A stretch of 64,000 bases of DNA from Fibrobacteria bacterium (GCA_035913415.1 JAMIIV010000199.1:6229-70228); one strand, 5' to 3'. Counted from the stretch's first letter, positions 40,249-53,282 are shown. Notes: generated from the sequence alone by a model not told the origin. Translations and numbers: made by a program.

Positions 40249-40829
40249 GAGGGCAAGGTACAAGGCGCCTCCATCAGTTGCTCCATCGCCCAGGTTCCGA
40301 CAGATCCTGGCCAAGCGGCGACGAGGGAGTGGAAGGTGGCGAGATCACCCGACCACAGCGCTCGCGAGGCGTCTTCGAACCCTTGCTGGTTTCCTGCGAC
40401 GGCCAGCAGCACGCGATCGATGGCGGTTTTCTTCTGGAGGGGCAAGGCGAACGCCGGTTCGGCCTTCATGGCTGCCATCACGAGCCGCCGCAGGGCCGCG
40501 GATGGTCCGCCGCTCTGCTGCCCCAGCCAATCCCATTGTGATGGAAGCAGGCAGACCTCCTTGCAGGCAACCCCGAGTCTGGGGCGGCCCGGCCCTTTGG
40601 AGGGAGCAGGTTCCGGACGCAAGGCGGGGTGTTCATCCAATCGCGTCATGATCTGGGCAAGGCTGCCCCGCAGGTCGAAATCGATCTGCGCCCCGGTGCT
40701 TTCGTCGAAGAACAGGCACGCTTTGGCGGGTTTGGGGCCCAGCGAGTGGACTTGGGAAATCACGGACTCCAATGATCCGCGAGCGATCAGATCCGTGTGG
40801 CGGAAAGCGGCGAAGGTGCGTTCGGGCAT
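40245..40829 (-). CDS. DUF2239-like hypothetical protein, cotranscribed with ygiD.
   Basis: 194-aa ORF with 4-bp overlap to ygiD. The family assignment is from memory of DUF2239-like sequences and is uncertain. Confidence 0.4.
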   Translation of the reverse strand: MPERTFAAFRHTDLIARGSLESVISQVHSLGPKPAKACLFFDESTGAQIDFDLRGSLAQIMTRLDEHPALRPEPAPSKGPGRPRLGVACKEVCLLPSQWDWLGQQSGGPSAALRRLVMAAMKAEPAFALPLQKKTAIDRVLLAVAGNQQGFEDASRALWSGDLATFHSLVAAWPGSVGTWAMEQLMEAPCTLPS

Positions 40830-40867
40830 GGCGACTCCTGGGTTGCCATGAATTTACCAGGGATAAA

Positions 40868-40908
40868 TTGGGTTGGCAATAAGTTCCTGGTAAAAATGCG
40901 GCGTGGCA
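40868..40908. promoter_or_regulatory. Inverted repeat TTTACCAGG-N24-CCTGGTAAA in the AT-richer cas3 upstream region; candidate operator for cas operon control.
   Basis: Read from the sequence in the roughly 300-bp divergent intergenic region between the DUF2239 gene and cas3. Confidence 0.25.
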
Positions 40909-41131
40909 GGCGTGCAGTGCTTGCTTGTGCAGGGGAGGTGTCCTGCATTACGGAGTGCCCTTGCGGCGGGCGGGGTAGAGGCGCGAGATTTGTCTGTGTG
41001 AACCCGATTCCCACTTCCTCCGTCCAGCCATCTTTCAGTGCCTATCGTCCAGAGTCAAGGTCGCAGCGGTTGCTGAATCTGCTTCTTGAGCGAGGAGGTA
41101 GGCCGCTTACAGCCCGGAGTGATGCTACAGG

Positions 41132-43864
41132 ATGCATTACCCTGGAAGTGGAACTGAGTGCCGGAGTTTCGAGTCTATCTTCAAGTGCGCGGAGGCCCCA
41201 GCCGTGAGACGAAACCCGATCGCCCATCATTGGGCCAAAACAAATCAGTCGACCAATGCGTGGCATCCACTCGTTTTGCACATGCTGGATGTCGCGGTTT
41301 CGGTTGATGCCATTTTGGTCCGCGAACCAGAGTCTACACGCCAGAAACTTGCTTCATGCCTTGGGCTATCGTGGGAGCAGGCGCGCCCCTGGCTCCAAGT
41401 CGTGATAGCTTGTCACGACTTGGGCAAGGCATGCCCGGGGTTCCAACTCAAATGGGACGTAGCGCGATGCTTGATCGATGCGATGGGGCTGAAGCTGCGT
41501 CCCAACGTGGATACGGCGATCAATCACGCCTTCGTAAGCCAGCTTGTCCTTGCTGATCTGTTGATCGAACTCGGATGGGCGGAAGATCTTGCCGAACTTG
41601 TTGCCGATGCCGTAGGTTGCCACCACGGGGAGCGGGCCAGTCCCAGCAAACTTGAGGATCTCCGAGGCAACGGCAAGTCCTTGGGCGGAGATGATTGGCA
41701 AGAGGCTCGACATAGCCTTTTCGATGCCGTGAAAAATGCGCTTGATGCCGAGACGATTCCGACCAAGGCGACCTTGTCGGGGCCGGAGTTCATGCTGCTT
41801 GCCGGGCTTACGAGTTTTGCGGATTGGATCGGATCCAACGACGAATGGTTCCCATTCGGCACTCCGGAAGATTGCGAGGATCTAGCGGCGTGGATCGAGA
41901 TGCGCCGTGGAAACGCCGATCGGGCACTTGACGTAATCGGTTGGTCATACCGCGTTCCGTTGATGGAATCGGAGAAATCCTTTGCCGATGTCTTTGGTTT
42001 TGCGCCCCGACCGCTCCAAGATGCGGTGGCCAGTGCGGTATCCACAGCAACCGGGCCATGCATTCTGTTGGTCGAGGCCCCGATGGGTGAAGGGAAGACA
42101 GAAGCTGCTTTCTTTGCGCACCTGGAATTGCAGCGTCGCTTGGGCCATCGTGGCTTGTATGTCGCGCTTCCTACCAAGGCCACCGGAAATGCGATGTTCG
42201 CTCGTTCCTTGGAGTTCCTGAAGGGATTTCATGGCAATCGCCACTTGGATCTCCAGCTTCTCCACGGCGGCACGCTGTTGAATGATTCGTTTCAGGATCT
42301 GCGACTGCGAGGAATTCATGCCGAAGGTGGTGATGGCAGCATCCAAGCAGGGGAGTGGTTCACGCACAAGAAGCGGGCTCTGCTTTCAGAATATGGTGTC
42401 GGAACCATCGATCAGGCGCTTATGCCGATTCTGCCTGTGCGCCACAATTTCGTGAGGCTGTGGGGCTTGGCCAATCGCGTCGTGGTCTTCGATGAGATCC
42501 ATGCCTACGACGCCTACACAGGGACGCTCTTGGTCAACTTGCTGCGTTGGCTGCTGGCGCTGGACTCTTCGGTGATCCTGTTGTCGGCGACCTTGCCGCC
42601 TTCCTTCCGCGACAAGCTTGCAGAAATTGTCGGCTCGGAAATTCCCGTCCCTGAGGCCGCCTATCCTCGGCTATCCATCTTCAAGCCGGGTGCTGTCGAG
42701 CAGATTGCTTTCCAAGCCGATCCCGCTCGTAGGAGAGAGATCAAGCTCGAAGGGATCTCTCCGAACCTTGAACGGATCCGCGATGAATTGCTGCTTCGCA
42801 CAGCGAATGGCGGACTTGCTCTGGCTTTGGTCAACACCGTGCAGCGGGCGCAGGATCTCTATCGGTTGTTTCCATCCATTGAGACTATTTGCAACGGGGA
42901 CAATGCTGTCGGGTGCAAGCTGGAGGATGGTACCGAGGTCTATCTGTTCCATGCGAGATTCCCGGCAGACAAGCGTCAGGTGCGTGAAGACTTGGCTTTG
43001 GCGCTCTTCGGGAAGAACGGCTCGCGTGAAGGAAAGAAGATCCTGATCGCGACGCAGGTGGCGGAGCAAAGCCTTGACCTTGATTTCGATGTTCTGATCA
43101 CGGACCTTGCGCCGATCGATCTTGTCCTCCAGCGTGCCGGTCGGTTGTGGCGCCATGCGCGTCCTGCTCGTCCGATTTCAAGCCCGACCTTGCTGGTAGC
43201 TGGACTGGATGGCCAAGAGCCACCGGATTTGGGCAAACCTCTATGGTGGAATGCCGTCTACCGCGAGGATGTCCTGCTGCGGACTTGGGCACTTCTGAAA
43301 CAGCGAACCTCTCTGATTCTTCCTGACGACATCGATGGAATGGTGAAGGCGGTTTACGAGGATGGTGTCGAGTTGACGGAAGCATTGCGTGAGCGTGTCG
43401 ATGCTGCCATGATGGCGGAGGACGGAGAGGAATACGCGCACAAGGCTCTGGCCAATCAAGCGGTTTCGATCGGAGATCCGAAAACCAGCGAATGGAAGAG
43501 TCTTTCGCTGACCAAGTTCGACGAGGATGAGTTGGGTATCCATTCCTCACTCGTCGCCAAGACTCGCTTGAGCGATGCATCTGCGGTGGTGGTTCCACTG
43601 AGGGCCAAGGATGATTTTCAGCCGACCACTGAGCCGGATTTCCAGACGGCAAAGGCGTGGTCACTGCGGTCCCTCGGCGTTTCCCGAACAGGTGTGGTCA
43701 AGCGATTGCAGAAGCTTGGGGTGCCGGAAGGATGGGCGAAGTCTGCACTGCTGCGCAACTGCATTCCGCTGCAATTGAACGAGGACGGGGCCTGGATCGA
43801 AGACCCTTCCGTCATGCTCGATGAAGCGCTGGGACTGGTGTACACAACAAAGGAGAATGCGTGA
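41132..43864 (+). CDS. cas3: Cas3 (type I-E HD nuclease + DExH helicase).
   Basis: N-terminus IAHHWAKTNQSTNAWHPLVLHMLDVAVSVD aligns with the E. coli Cas3 HD motif. Walker A AxMGxGKT motif APMGEGKTEAA, DEAH-type VVFDEIHAYD, C-terminal domain. The true start may be the GTG near 41204. Confidence 0.9.
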   Translation: MHYPGSGTECRSFESIFKCAEAPAVRRNPIAHHWAKTNQSTNAWHPLVLHMLDVAVSVDAILVREPESTRQKLASCLGLSWEQARPWLQVVIACHDLGKACPGFQLKWDVARCLIDAMGLKLRPNVDTAINHAFVSQLVLADLLIELGWAEDLAELVADAVGCHHGERASPSKLEDLRGNGKSLGGDDWQEARHSLFDAVKNALDAETIPTKATLSGPEFMLLAGLTSFADWIGSNDEWFPFGTPEDCEDLAAWIEMRRGNADRALDVIGWSYRVPLMESEKSFADVFGFAPRPLQDAVASAVSTATGPCILLVEAPMGEGKTEAAFFAHLELQRRLGHRGLYVALPTKATGNAMFARSLEFLKGFHGNRHLDLQLLHGGTLLNDSFQDLRLRGIHAEGGDGSIQAGEWFTHKKRALLSEYGVGTIDQALMPILPVRHNFVRLWGLANRVVVFDEIHAYDAYTGTLLVNLLRWLLALDSSVILLSATLPPSFRDKLAEIVGSEIPVPEAAYPRLSIFKPGAVEQIAFQADPARRREIKLEGISPNLERIRDELLLRTANGGLALALVNTVQRAQDLYRLFPSIETICNGDNAVGCKLEDGTEVYLFHARFPADKRQVREDLALALFGKNGSREGKKILIATQVAEQSLDLDFDVLITDLAPIDLVLQRAGRLWRHARPARPISSPTLLVAGLDGQEPPDLGKPLWWNAVYREDVLLRTWALLKQRTSLILPDDIDGMVKAVYEDGVELTEALRERVDAAMMAEDGEEYAHKALANQAVSIGDPKTSEWKSLSLTKFDEDELGIHSSLVAKTRLSDASAVVVPLRAKDDFQPTTEPDFQTAKAWSLRSLGVSRTGVVKRLQKLGVPEGWAKSALLRNCIPLQLNEDGAWIEDPSVMLDEALGLVYTTKENA

Positions 43865-45381
43865 GTCGTTTCAATCTCATCGACGAACCTTGGATCCCGG
43901 TTCGGCGCAAGGATGGCTCCTTTGCGGAACTGGGCATCAAGGACGTTCTGCTCGCCGCCAAGGAGCTTTCCGGCATCGAAGATCCGTCGCCGCTTGTGGT
44001 GGCCTCGCTGTACCGTTTCCTGCTGGCGGTCCTGTATCGCGCCCTGGAGGGGCCGACGGACATCGATCAGGCCAAGGTTCTGTTCCGGGATGGATTGCCC
44101 ACGGACAAGATCGACGCCTACCTGGAAAAATGGCGAGACAGATTCTGGCTGTTCGATGCGAAGTATCCGTTCGGGCAGCATCCAAATGTCAAGGCTGACG
44201 AGATCGAGCCTTGGACCAAGTTGACTCCAGAGTATAACGCCAGATCAAACAAGGTTCTGTTTGATCACACGGACACGAGAAGTCCGGGAGTAATCTCACC
44301 GAGCAATGCTGCGCGCTGGCTTTTGACGACATCTCACTTCTCCATCTCCGGTGGCCGTGGCTATTATCCATCGCCATCACCGAATGCGATGATATGCATC
44401 CCGCTTGGACAAAAACTGTCAGAGACCTTTCTATTCAATTTGGTTCCATATGCAAATCGGGAGGTACAAAAGGTCGATCAAGCGCAATGGGAGCGGGAGC
44501 CACCAATTCTGCCGTTGGCGATAGCGAAGAGAGTTGCGCGAGGATATGCCGACCTTTTCACATGGCAATCCCGCTTCGTTCAGCTTGAAGCTGATGCGGA
44601 TGGGAATGTCTGTCGGCTTCGGTTCATTGCTGGGGAAGGCTTTGAAAATCCTACGCGTGATCCTGATCCCATGCAGCCCTCCAAACCTGACAAGGAGCAC
44701 GGATGGTTACCGGTTCAATTCCGGGGAGATAAAGCTACCTGGCGGGACTTTGATGCTCTCCTTCCTGGTCCTGAAGGACTTGAGCCAAAGACGATCCAGC
44801 ATAGCATGGCTTTGGTAGGTAGGAAGGGCGTTGCTCCGAAATCATTGCTGGTCCTTGGGCTCCGATACGAGCCGCCCAATGCCAATCTCGATTTCTGGCG
44901 GCAGGACCAGTTTGTCATGCCAGCGGCAATTGCAGGTGACCAGGCGGTGCGTAGCGATATCAAACGCTTGCTCAAAACCGCAGAGGAAACGCAGACAGCG
45001 CTTTGGAGCGCTTCAAGGAGCTTTGCACGGGATGTTGTAGGGCACGGGGACAGGGCTCCGGACAAAAAAGATCTCGCAGCTTTCGTGTCCCAACTGCCTG
45101 GGACGCCAGCCTATTGGTCGATTCTGGAAGCGCGATTTCAGGAAATTCTGAACGCCTACACCTTGGATGCCAATCCAGATGCCATTGAACACCAGTGGCT
45201 GCTGTGCGTTCGCAGTGCCCTGAAGGATGCTTGGCAACTGCAGAAGAACAGCGTGTCTGGTGGTGATGCATGGACTCTGCGCGCCTTGGTCAAGGCGGAA
45301 GCTCCGATCCTGCGGAAATTGGCCGAACTGAATTCGACGCTCAAGGAATACCAAACCCAGCAACCTGAGGAGAACGGATGA
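43861..45381 (+). CDS. cas8e: Cse1/CasA (Cas8e), Cascade large subunit.
   Basis: GTG start overlapping cas3 stop; NLIDEPWIPVRRKDGS... N-terminus typical of Cse1. Confidence 0.85.
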   Translation: MSRFNLIDEPWIPVRRKDGSFAELGIKDVLLAAKELSGIEDPSPLVVASLYRFLLAVLYRALEGPTDIDQAKVLFRDGLPTDKIDAYLEKWRDRFWLFDAKYPFGQHPNVKADEIEPWTKLTPEYNARSNKVLFDHTDTRSPGVISPSNAARWLLTTSHFSISGGRGYYPSPSPNAMICIPLGQKLSETFLFNLVPYANREVQKVDQAQWEREPPILPLAIAKRVARGYADLFTWQSRFVQLEADADGNVCRLRFIAGEGFENPTRDPDPMQPSKPDKEHGWLPVQFRGDKATWRDFDALLPGPEGLEPKTIQHSMALVGRKGVAPKSLLVLGLRYEPPNANLDFWRQDQFVMPAAIAGDQAVRSDIKRLLKTAEETQTALWSASRSFARDVVGHGDRAPDKKDLAAFVSQLPGTPAYWSILEARFQEILNAYTLDANPDAIEHQWLLCVRSALKDAWQLQKNSVSGGDAWTLRALVKAEAPILRKLAELNSTLKEYQTQQPEENG

Positions 45382-45911
45382 GCGGATTTGTCGCATGGCT
45401 GGAAAGCCTCAATCAGCGAGACACCAAGGTTCGCGCCGTTTTGCGGCGAAGCCTTGCCTTTGATCCGGGAACGCAACCAGCTGCTTACCCGTATGTCGAG
45501 CCGTTCCTTGCCGCAGAGGATAATTCATGGCGGCGTACAGTGCACTATCTGGTGGCTGGGCTGTGGGCGCAACACTGGCGTGAAGGGCGCACGGGTGTGG
45601 CATTGCCAATTGGTAAAGCCTTTGGTGAGTACGAATCCGAAAAACGCTCGAAACTGAAGGGTGAGGAGCGGAATAAGGTGACGAGTACTGAACAGCGCTT
45701 CGTCGCCTTGCTCGATTCCGACGAGGATCAACTTCCGTACCGGATGCGCCAGATGATCGCGCTGCTCAAGGATCAGAGCATCGACTTTGAGAGTGTCCTC
45801 AAGGGTCTGGTGTTCTGGAACAGCGAAACCAAACGGACTCAGACGGATTGGGCCAAAGACTTCTACCGCACTTTGAATCACGACAATTCCACCAACGAGG
45901 AGATTCCCTGA
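45378..45911 (+). CDS. cse2: Cse2/CasB (Cas11), Cascade small subunit.
   Basis: 177-aa helical protein in the canonical position; ATGA overlap with cse1. Confidence 0.8.
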   Translation: MSGFVAWLESLNQRDTKVRAVLRRSLAFDPGTQPAAYPYVEPFLAAEDNSWRRTVHYLVAGLWAQHWREGRTGVALPIGKAFGEYESEKRSKLKGEERNKVTSTEQRFVALLDSDEDQLPYRMRQMIALLKDQSIDFESVLKGLVFWNSETKRTQTDWAKDFYRTLNHDNSTNEEIP

Positions 45912-47071
45912 TGAAGACCTTGATCGAAATCCACGCCCTCCAGAATTTTGCGCCTTCAAACTTGAATCGGGACGATACCGGTGCGCCCAAGGATGCCATC
46001 TTTGGCGGTGTGCGTCGTGCCCGTGTCTCGAGCCAGTGCTTGAAGCGTGCCGTACGCCAGCACTTTGCTGGTCTCGTCGAATCAGGTAAGCTTGAAGCTG
46101 CTGATCTTGCCAGCCGTACCAAGCGTGTTTTGGACGCCGTCGTGAAGGAGCTTGCGGCAAAAGGGCGTGCGGAAGCGGATGCCTCCGCGAAAGCCACGCT
46201 TGCCTTGGCGGCAATGGAGCTGACCATCAAAGAGGATGGCAAGAGCGAATATCTCCTGTTCCTGGGACAGCGCGAAATCTCCGAGGTGGCGCGCATCGTC
46301 GATGAGAAATGGGATTCCCTTGTGGCTGTCGAGTCGTCATCGACAGAAGGAAAGAAAGCTGGGAAAGCCAAGAAGGATGCGGCGAAGCAGGCAGACCCGG
46401 AACTGAAAAAGGCTCTTGAGAAGATCTTCAATGGGGGCAAAGCGTTGGATCTGGCTTTGTTCGGTCGCATGCTTGCCGACATGCCGGAGAAGAACCAGTA
46501 CGCCGCCTGCCAAGTGGCCCATGCGATCTCGACCCATGGTGTGGATCGCGAATTCGACTTCTACACGGCGGTGGACGATCTCAAGCCCGAGGATACGGCT
46601 GGTGCCGACATGATGGGAACGGTGGAATTCAATTCGGCTTGCTTCTACCGCTATGCGGTCGTGGACTGGGAGAAGCTCGTCGCCAATCTCCAAGGTGATG
46701 TCGAGCTTGCGGCGAAAGGCTTGCGGGCATTCCTTGATGGATTTGTGGTGGCCGAGCCGACAGGCAAGCAGAACACCTTCGCGGCTCACAATCCTCCGGA
46801 ATTCGTGGTGGTTTCGGTGCGGCACAATACGGCGCCACGTAATCTGGCCAACGCATTCGAAGTGCCGGTTCGAGTGACCAAGGGCCAGGCCTTGACCAAG
46901 ATCTCAGCAGAGAACCTTGCAAGCAAAGCGAAGATTCTTCAGGCAGCTTACGGTGGCGAAGGCAAGACTCTGGTACTCAATCTTGCCGGCGCTGATGCCG
47001 CAGGTTTTGGCGAGCCGGTCGATTCTCTGCAGGTTCTGCTGGACAGGACTGTTGCGCTTGCGAAGGAGTGA
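45911..47071 (+). CDS. cas7e: Cas7e/CasC (Cse4), Cascade backbone.
   Basis: [43 protein letters not shown] matches the CasC N-terminus; ATGA overlap with cse2. Confidence 0.9.
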   Translation: MKTLIEIHALQNFAPSNLNRDDTGAPKDAIFGGVRRARVSSQCLKRAVRQHFAGLVESGKLEAADLASRTKRVLDAVVKELAAKGRAEADASAKATLALAAMELTIKEDGKSEYLLFLGQREISEVARIVDEKWDSLVAVESSSTEGKKAGKAKKDAAKQADPELKKALEKIFNGGKALDLALFGRMLADMPEKNQYAACQVAHAISTHGVDREFDFYTAVDDLKPEDTAGADMMGTVEFNSACFYRYAVVDWEKLVANLQGDVELAAKGLRAFLDGFVVAEPTGKQNTFAAHNPPEFVVVSVRHNTAPRNLANAFEVPVRVTKGQALTKISAENLASKAKILQAAYGGEGKTLVLNLAGADAAGFGEPVDSLQVLLDRTVALAKE

Positions 47072-47778
47072 GCATGCCCACCCTTCTTCTGAGGCTGGTG
47101 GGGCCGATGCAATCGTGGGGAACCATCAGCCGCTTTGATCAACGTGATACCGGCAAGGAGCCCAGCAAGTCCGGAGTGATCGGCTTGCTTGCCGCCGCCA
47201 TGGGCATCGATCGCGAAAACTGGGAGGACCTGGAGCCGTTGACGCACTTGCGCATGGGCGTGAGGCATGATCGGCCAGGAATACCGAAACGTGAATATCA
47301 GACGGCAGGATGCGCCAAAGGCGACAAGATCATGACGGCCGATGGGAAAGCAACAAAGGAAAATGATCCTGGTATTGTCTCGCATCGCGACTACCTCGCC
47401 GACGCGGCATTTCTTGTGGGTCTGGAAGGCGATGATCTCGCATTGCTGGAAAAGGCCGATGCCGCCTTGCGTGACCCCGTTTGGCCGCTGGCATTGGGGC
47501 GGAAGTCCTATGTGGCCACGGAGCCGATCTGGTGCGATGGTGGCATCCGTGGCATGGGACTCGTGGACGCTCTGAAGAATCATCCGTGGATCGGTTTTTT
47601 GCGGCGCTACGAGGATGTTCCTGCTTCCTTGAGACTTTCCCTTGAGTCGGAAGACGGGACGGGTTCCATGCGTATTGACCAGATTCTGTCATCTTTCGCG
47701 GAGCGCCGTTTCGGTTCCCGTTTCGTGCGAACCGAGATGATCCCCTTCCCGCAGGAGGTCGCCGATGCTGTTGCATAG
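47068..47778 (+). CDS. cas5e: Cas5e/CasD.
   Basis: [43 protein letters not shown], canonical Cas5e N-terminus. Confidence 0.9.
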   Translation: MSMPTLLLRLVGPMQSWGTISRFDQRDTGKEPSKSGVIGLLAAAMGIDRENWEDLEPLTHLRMGVRHDRPGIPKREYQTAGCAKGDKIMTADGKATKENDPGIVSHRDYLADAAFLVGLEGDDLALLEKADAALRDPVWPLALGRKSYVATEPIWCDGGIRGMGLVDALKNHPWIGFLRRYEDVPASLRLSLESEDGTGSMRIDQILSSFAERRFGSRFVRTEMIPFPQEVADAVA

Positions 47779-48438
47779 GATCCTTCTCGATCCGCGCAGC
47801 AAGGAAGTGCGACGGGATCTGTCCAACCCGTATGAACTCCACTCGACTCTGTGCCGCGCCTTCAGCGCACCGGAATCGAAGTGCCCGGAAGGTTCCTTCC
47901 TGTGGCGGCTGGAGCCGGAAACTGGGGCCGAGTTGTTTCCCAAGCTATTGATCCAAAGTGTGGTCACTCCCGTTTGGGAACGGATTGGTGTTTCTGGCTG
48001 GTTTGGTGCAGTGCCTGATCCAGCAGTGGATCTGGTGGCTCGCTTGAGTCTCGATCAGCTCTGTGTCGGACAACGATTCCGTTTCCGCTTGAGGGCCAAT
48101 CCGTGCGTGGTGAGGGAGAAAAAACGGCAAGGACTCCTGCAGACCGAAGAACAGGAACAGTGGCTTGTCCGGAAAGCGCAAGCGCACGGCTTCAGTTTGC
48201 CGATCTTGGAATCGTTCGATCTCATGGATGATGGCGCTGCGCGACCGGATATCCGGATCACACAGGAGCAGATGCTCCGTGGAAAGCGGCGGGATGGGAC
48301 GCAGATCAGCATCTTTTCTGTGCTCATCGATGGCATCTTGGCTGTGGAAGATGTAGACAAGTTCCGTCTAAGCCTTGCGGGCGGCATCGGACACGGGAAA
48401 GCCATGGGGCTTGGTCTTTTGTCGGTGGTGCCTGTGGC

Positions 48439-48442
<4 letters not shown>
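47765..48442 (+). CDS. cas6e: Cas6e/CasE crRNA endoribonuclease.
   Basis: [29 protein letters not shown]...; C-terminal GGIGHGKAMGLGLLSV glycine-rich loop. Confidence 0.9.
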
Positions 48443-49633
<1,191 letters not shown>

Positions 49634-49714
49634 GCGGGTATCTTTGACACCTCGGGTTTGGTAGAATTTTGGCCGCTTTGTAAGTTGGCCTACTGCTTTG
49701 ACTTGCGTCGAAGC

Positions 49715-52700
49715 CTGTTCCCCGCACACGCGGGGATGAACCGTTGATGAAGAGGTGGTTTCCGTCAAAACGGGACTGTTCCCCGCACACGCGGGGATGA
49801 ACCGGAAGAGAGGGAGGATTGATCTTTAGGCAACCTCTGTTCCCCGCACACGCGGGGATGAACCGACGCCCTGGCGATAGGTGTCAACCTGTTGCCACTG
49901 TTCCCCGCACACGCGGGGATGAACCGGTTCTCTCTCCTGCGTCTGCAACCTCGCAAACCTGTTCCCCGCACACGCGGGGATGAACCGGTCGCGGTCAAGG
50001 GGCGCAACGGGCAGGTCTCCTGTTCCCCGCACACGCGGGGATGAACCGTCAGCGTAAAGCTCGGCAGCCCCCATGGCGGACTGTTCCCCGCACACGCGGG
50101 GATGAACCGCGCGGATTTCGAGGGTCTCGGTCGTGATCTCCCTGTTCCCCGCACACGCGGGGATGAACCGATCCCGCGCCCCGTGCTCGTCGCAGGGTGG
50201 GACTGTTCCCCGCACACGCGGGGATGAACCGCGGCCTCCCACCACGACAGCGGAGGAGCTTGCCTGTTCCCCGCACACGCGGGGATGAACCGATCAAGCG
50301 CGAGGCCATCGAAGAGAAGCTGGCCTGTTCCCCGCACACGCGGGGATGAACCGGATTCGACCTGCCGGAACTCCAGACGATCCAGCTGTTCCCCGCACAC
50401 GCGGGGATGAACCGGTTTCAGAGGATGGCGCTACCGATGGGCGCGGCTGTTCCCCGCACACGCGGGGATGAACCGGACAATCCCTGGTTTCTCAATTCTT
50501 CGATCCGCTGTTCCCCGCACACGCGGGGATGAACCGAACGAGGACAGGAACCGCTTCACGGGCAGGGCCTGTTCCCCGCACACGCGGGGATGAACCGACG
50601 AGTTCTGGAAATGGGTATGCTCATGGGCCCTGTTCCCCGCACACGCGGGGATGAACCGGTGGCGGACATGTTCGTGGGCTCCATCAAGGCCTGTTCCCCG
50701 CACACGCGGGGATGAACCGCTCTCAATGCGTCCGAAGAGGCGACTCTTGCGCTGTTCCCCGCACACGCGGGGATGAACCGCCGATGGCATACGACTCGTC
50801 AAAATCCGTCGCCTGTTCCCCGCACACGCGGGGATGAACCGCCCGCTGGATGGACGCCAACGGCTACGACCTGCTGTTCCCCGCACACGCGGGGATGAAC
50901 CGGGGCTACCTGCCGGGATCGAGTACTACGGTCGCTGTTCCCCGCACACGCGGGGATGAACCGGTGACCCAGCATAAGCCCCGGATGGCCGGCTCCTGTT
51001 CCCCGCACACGCGGGGATGAACCGAGGAGGGGCTCGACGATGCGATGTTCCCCGCCCTGTTCCCCGCACACGCGGGGATGAACCGGCGGCCTACGATTTC
51101 TCCGGCCAGGTCAAGGACTGTTCCCCGCACACGCGGGGATGAACCGAGTGACCAATTGTGTCACACCTGACGTTTGCACTGTTCCCCGCACACGCGGGGA
51201 TGAACCGTGTTACATCGACCAGGTGCTCTGACTGACTAGCTGTTCCCCGCACACGCGGGGATGAACCGGTCGGCCGATATACGGTACCCTTTCCGGGAGC
51301 CTGTTCCCCGCACACGCGGGGATGAACCGGTCATTTCGCGCCCTTAGCAGGAATGTGGCGACTGTTCCCCGCACACGCGGGGATGAACCGCATGAGCAAC
51401 CACGAAATGCCCCCGCAGGCCACTGTTCCCCGCACACGCGGGGATGAACCGGTCACCACGTCGAAAGAATGGTTCTCCATGCGCTGTTCCCCGCACACGC
51501 GGGGATGAACCGCCTGATCCCGTACCTGCAGAAAGCGGCGGACCCTGTTCCCCGCACACGCGGGGATGAACCGTCCCAGGACCCCGTCCTGGACCTCGTG
51601 TCCTGCTGTTCCCCGCACACGCGGGGATGAACCGACGCGGAGGTTATCACCGAGACGCAGGACGCCCTGTTCCCCGCACACGCGGGGATGAACCGAAGCA
51701 GCGCGATACCGTGGCCACCACGCGCCCCTGTTCCCCGCACACGCGGGGATGAACCGCTCGGGCGGTCGGTGGTGAGCCCGATGGCGGACTGTTCCCCGCA
51801 CACGCGGGGATGAACCGGCCAGCATAGCGTTGTTCGGAGTGTCACCAAACTGTTCCCCGCACACGCGGGGATGAACCGTCTCCGGTGATGGGGTCCGGGA
51901 ATACCGGGTTCTGTTCCCCGCACACGCGGGGATGAACCGCTGTCCCATGGCCTCGCGGATTCCGTCATCGCCTGTTCCCCGCACACGCGGGGATGAACCG
52001 GCGTAGGCGGACTGGATCGCGGCGTCCTTGGCCTGTTCCCCGCACACGCGGGGATGAACCGGTTGCCGAGGCCGGAGCCACCGATGGGCGCGGCTGTTCC
52101 CCGCACACGCGGGGATGAACCGAGGTTAAATGGATCATTGAGCACTGTTCCCCGCACACGCGGGGATGAACCGGCATGCCGTCCGTCGGAGACACCAGGG
52201 CGAAGCTGTTCCCCGCACACGCGGGGATGAACCGGTCGAACGGGAAACCAGGAATCACCCAATCGACTGTTCCCCGCACACGCGGGGATGAACCGGGGTG
52301 CTCACTCTTTGGGACGGGTGGTCCCTGCTGTTCCCCGCACACGCGGGGATGAACCGAGGGCGAGAGAGCATCTGCCGCTCTCGCCATCCTGTTCCCCGCA
52401 CACGCGGGGATGAACCGCTCGACCGGAGGGTAAACTTCCGAAGGAAGTGCTGTTCCCCGCACACGCGGGGATGAACCGATCAATTTCGAAAAGGTCTACC
52501 TGGACTGGGCCTGTTCCCCGCACACGCGGGGATGAACCGGCGAACGCCCCCGGCGGATGTTCGGCCGAGTACTGTTCCCCGCACACGCGGGGATGAACCG
52601 CGGAGGAAACCCACGGCCTTTCCCGCGAGGTCCTGTTCCCCGCACACGCGGGGATGAACCGGCTCGAGCCCTGCGCGTGCGCGACGACCTGCCCTGTTCC

Positions 52701-53210
52701 CCGCACACGCGGGGATGAACCGTGACCCTACCAGAGCCACCAAGGATAGTAGGGCTGTTCCCCGCACACGCGGGGATGAACCGAACAGGACCGTCACGCC
52801 GAGAATCACGGCGAACTGTTCCCCGCACACGCGGGGATGAACCGGGCCACCTCGGCGGGAGTCCCCACCATTGCAACTGTTCCCCGCACACGCGGGGATG
52901 AACCGAAGTAGCCAATCATGACGGAAACCATCCTTGACTGTTCCCCGCACACGCGGGGATGAACCGGAGGTCACCCCGGCCACGGATCTGGGCTACCTCT
53001 GTTCCCCGCACACGCGGGGATGAACCGTTCGGGAGGCGTGCGCGCTGGTCACGCAGGGACTGTTCCCCGCACACGCGGGGATGAGGAGCGACGTACTCAG
53101 TCCAAGTGATCGATGCAGGCCTGTTCCCCGCACACGCGGGGATGAACCGTTCTTCCCCAACGTTGCAGTCCGGAAGGTCGCCTGTTCCCCGCACACGCGG
53201 GGATCAACCG
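49715..53210 (+). CRISPR. Type I-E CRISPR array. 29-bp repeat CTGTTCCCCGCACACGCGGGGATGAACCG, about 58 repeats, mostly 32-bp spacers. Leader (about 80 bp, AT-richer) next to cas2; distal repeats degenerate.
   Basis: Read directly from the sequence: 61-bp period from 49715; one short (22-bp) spacer near 52122; degenerate repeats at about 53060 (..GATGAGGAGCG) and 53182 (..GGATCAACCG). Minus-strand ORFs across the array (SSPRVRGT.. peptides) are artefacts. Confidence 0.97.
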
Positions 53211-53249
53211 GTCACGGTGGAACGGCAATGGTACATGCGGCAATTTCGA

Positions 53250-53282
53250 GGTGATTCTCCAACAAGTTGTTGGAGAATCACC
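53250..53282. repeat. Perfect 16-bp-arm palindrome GGTGATTCTCCAACAA-G-TTGTTGGAGAATCACC, 40 bp downstream of the last repeat.
   Basis: Read directly from the sequence; no U-tract follows. Confidence 0.6.
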
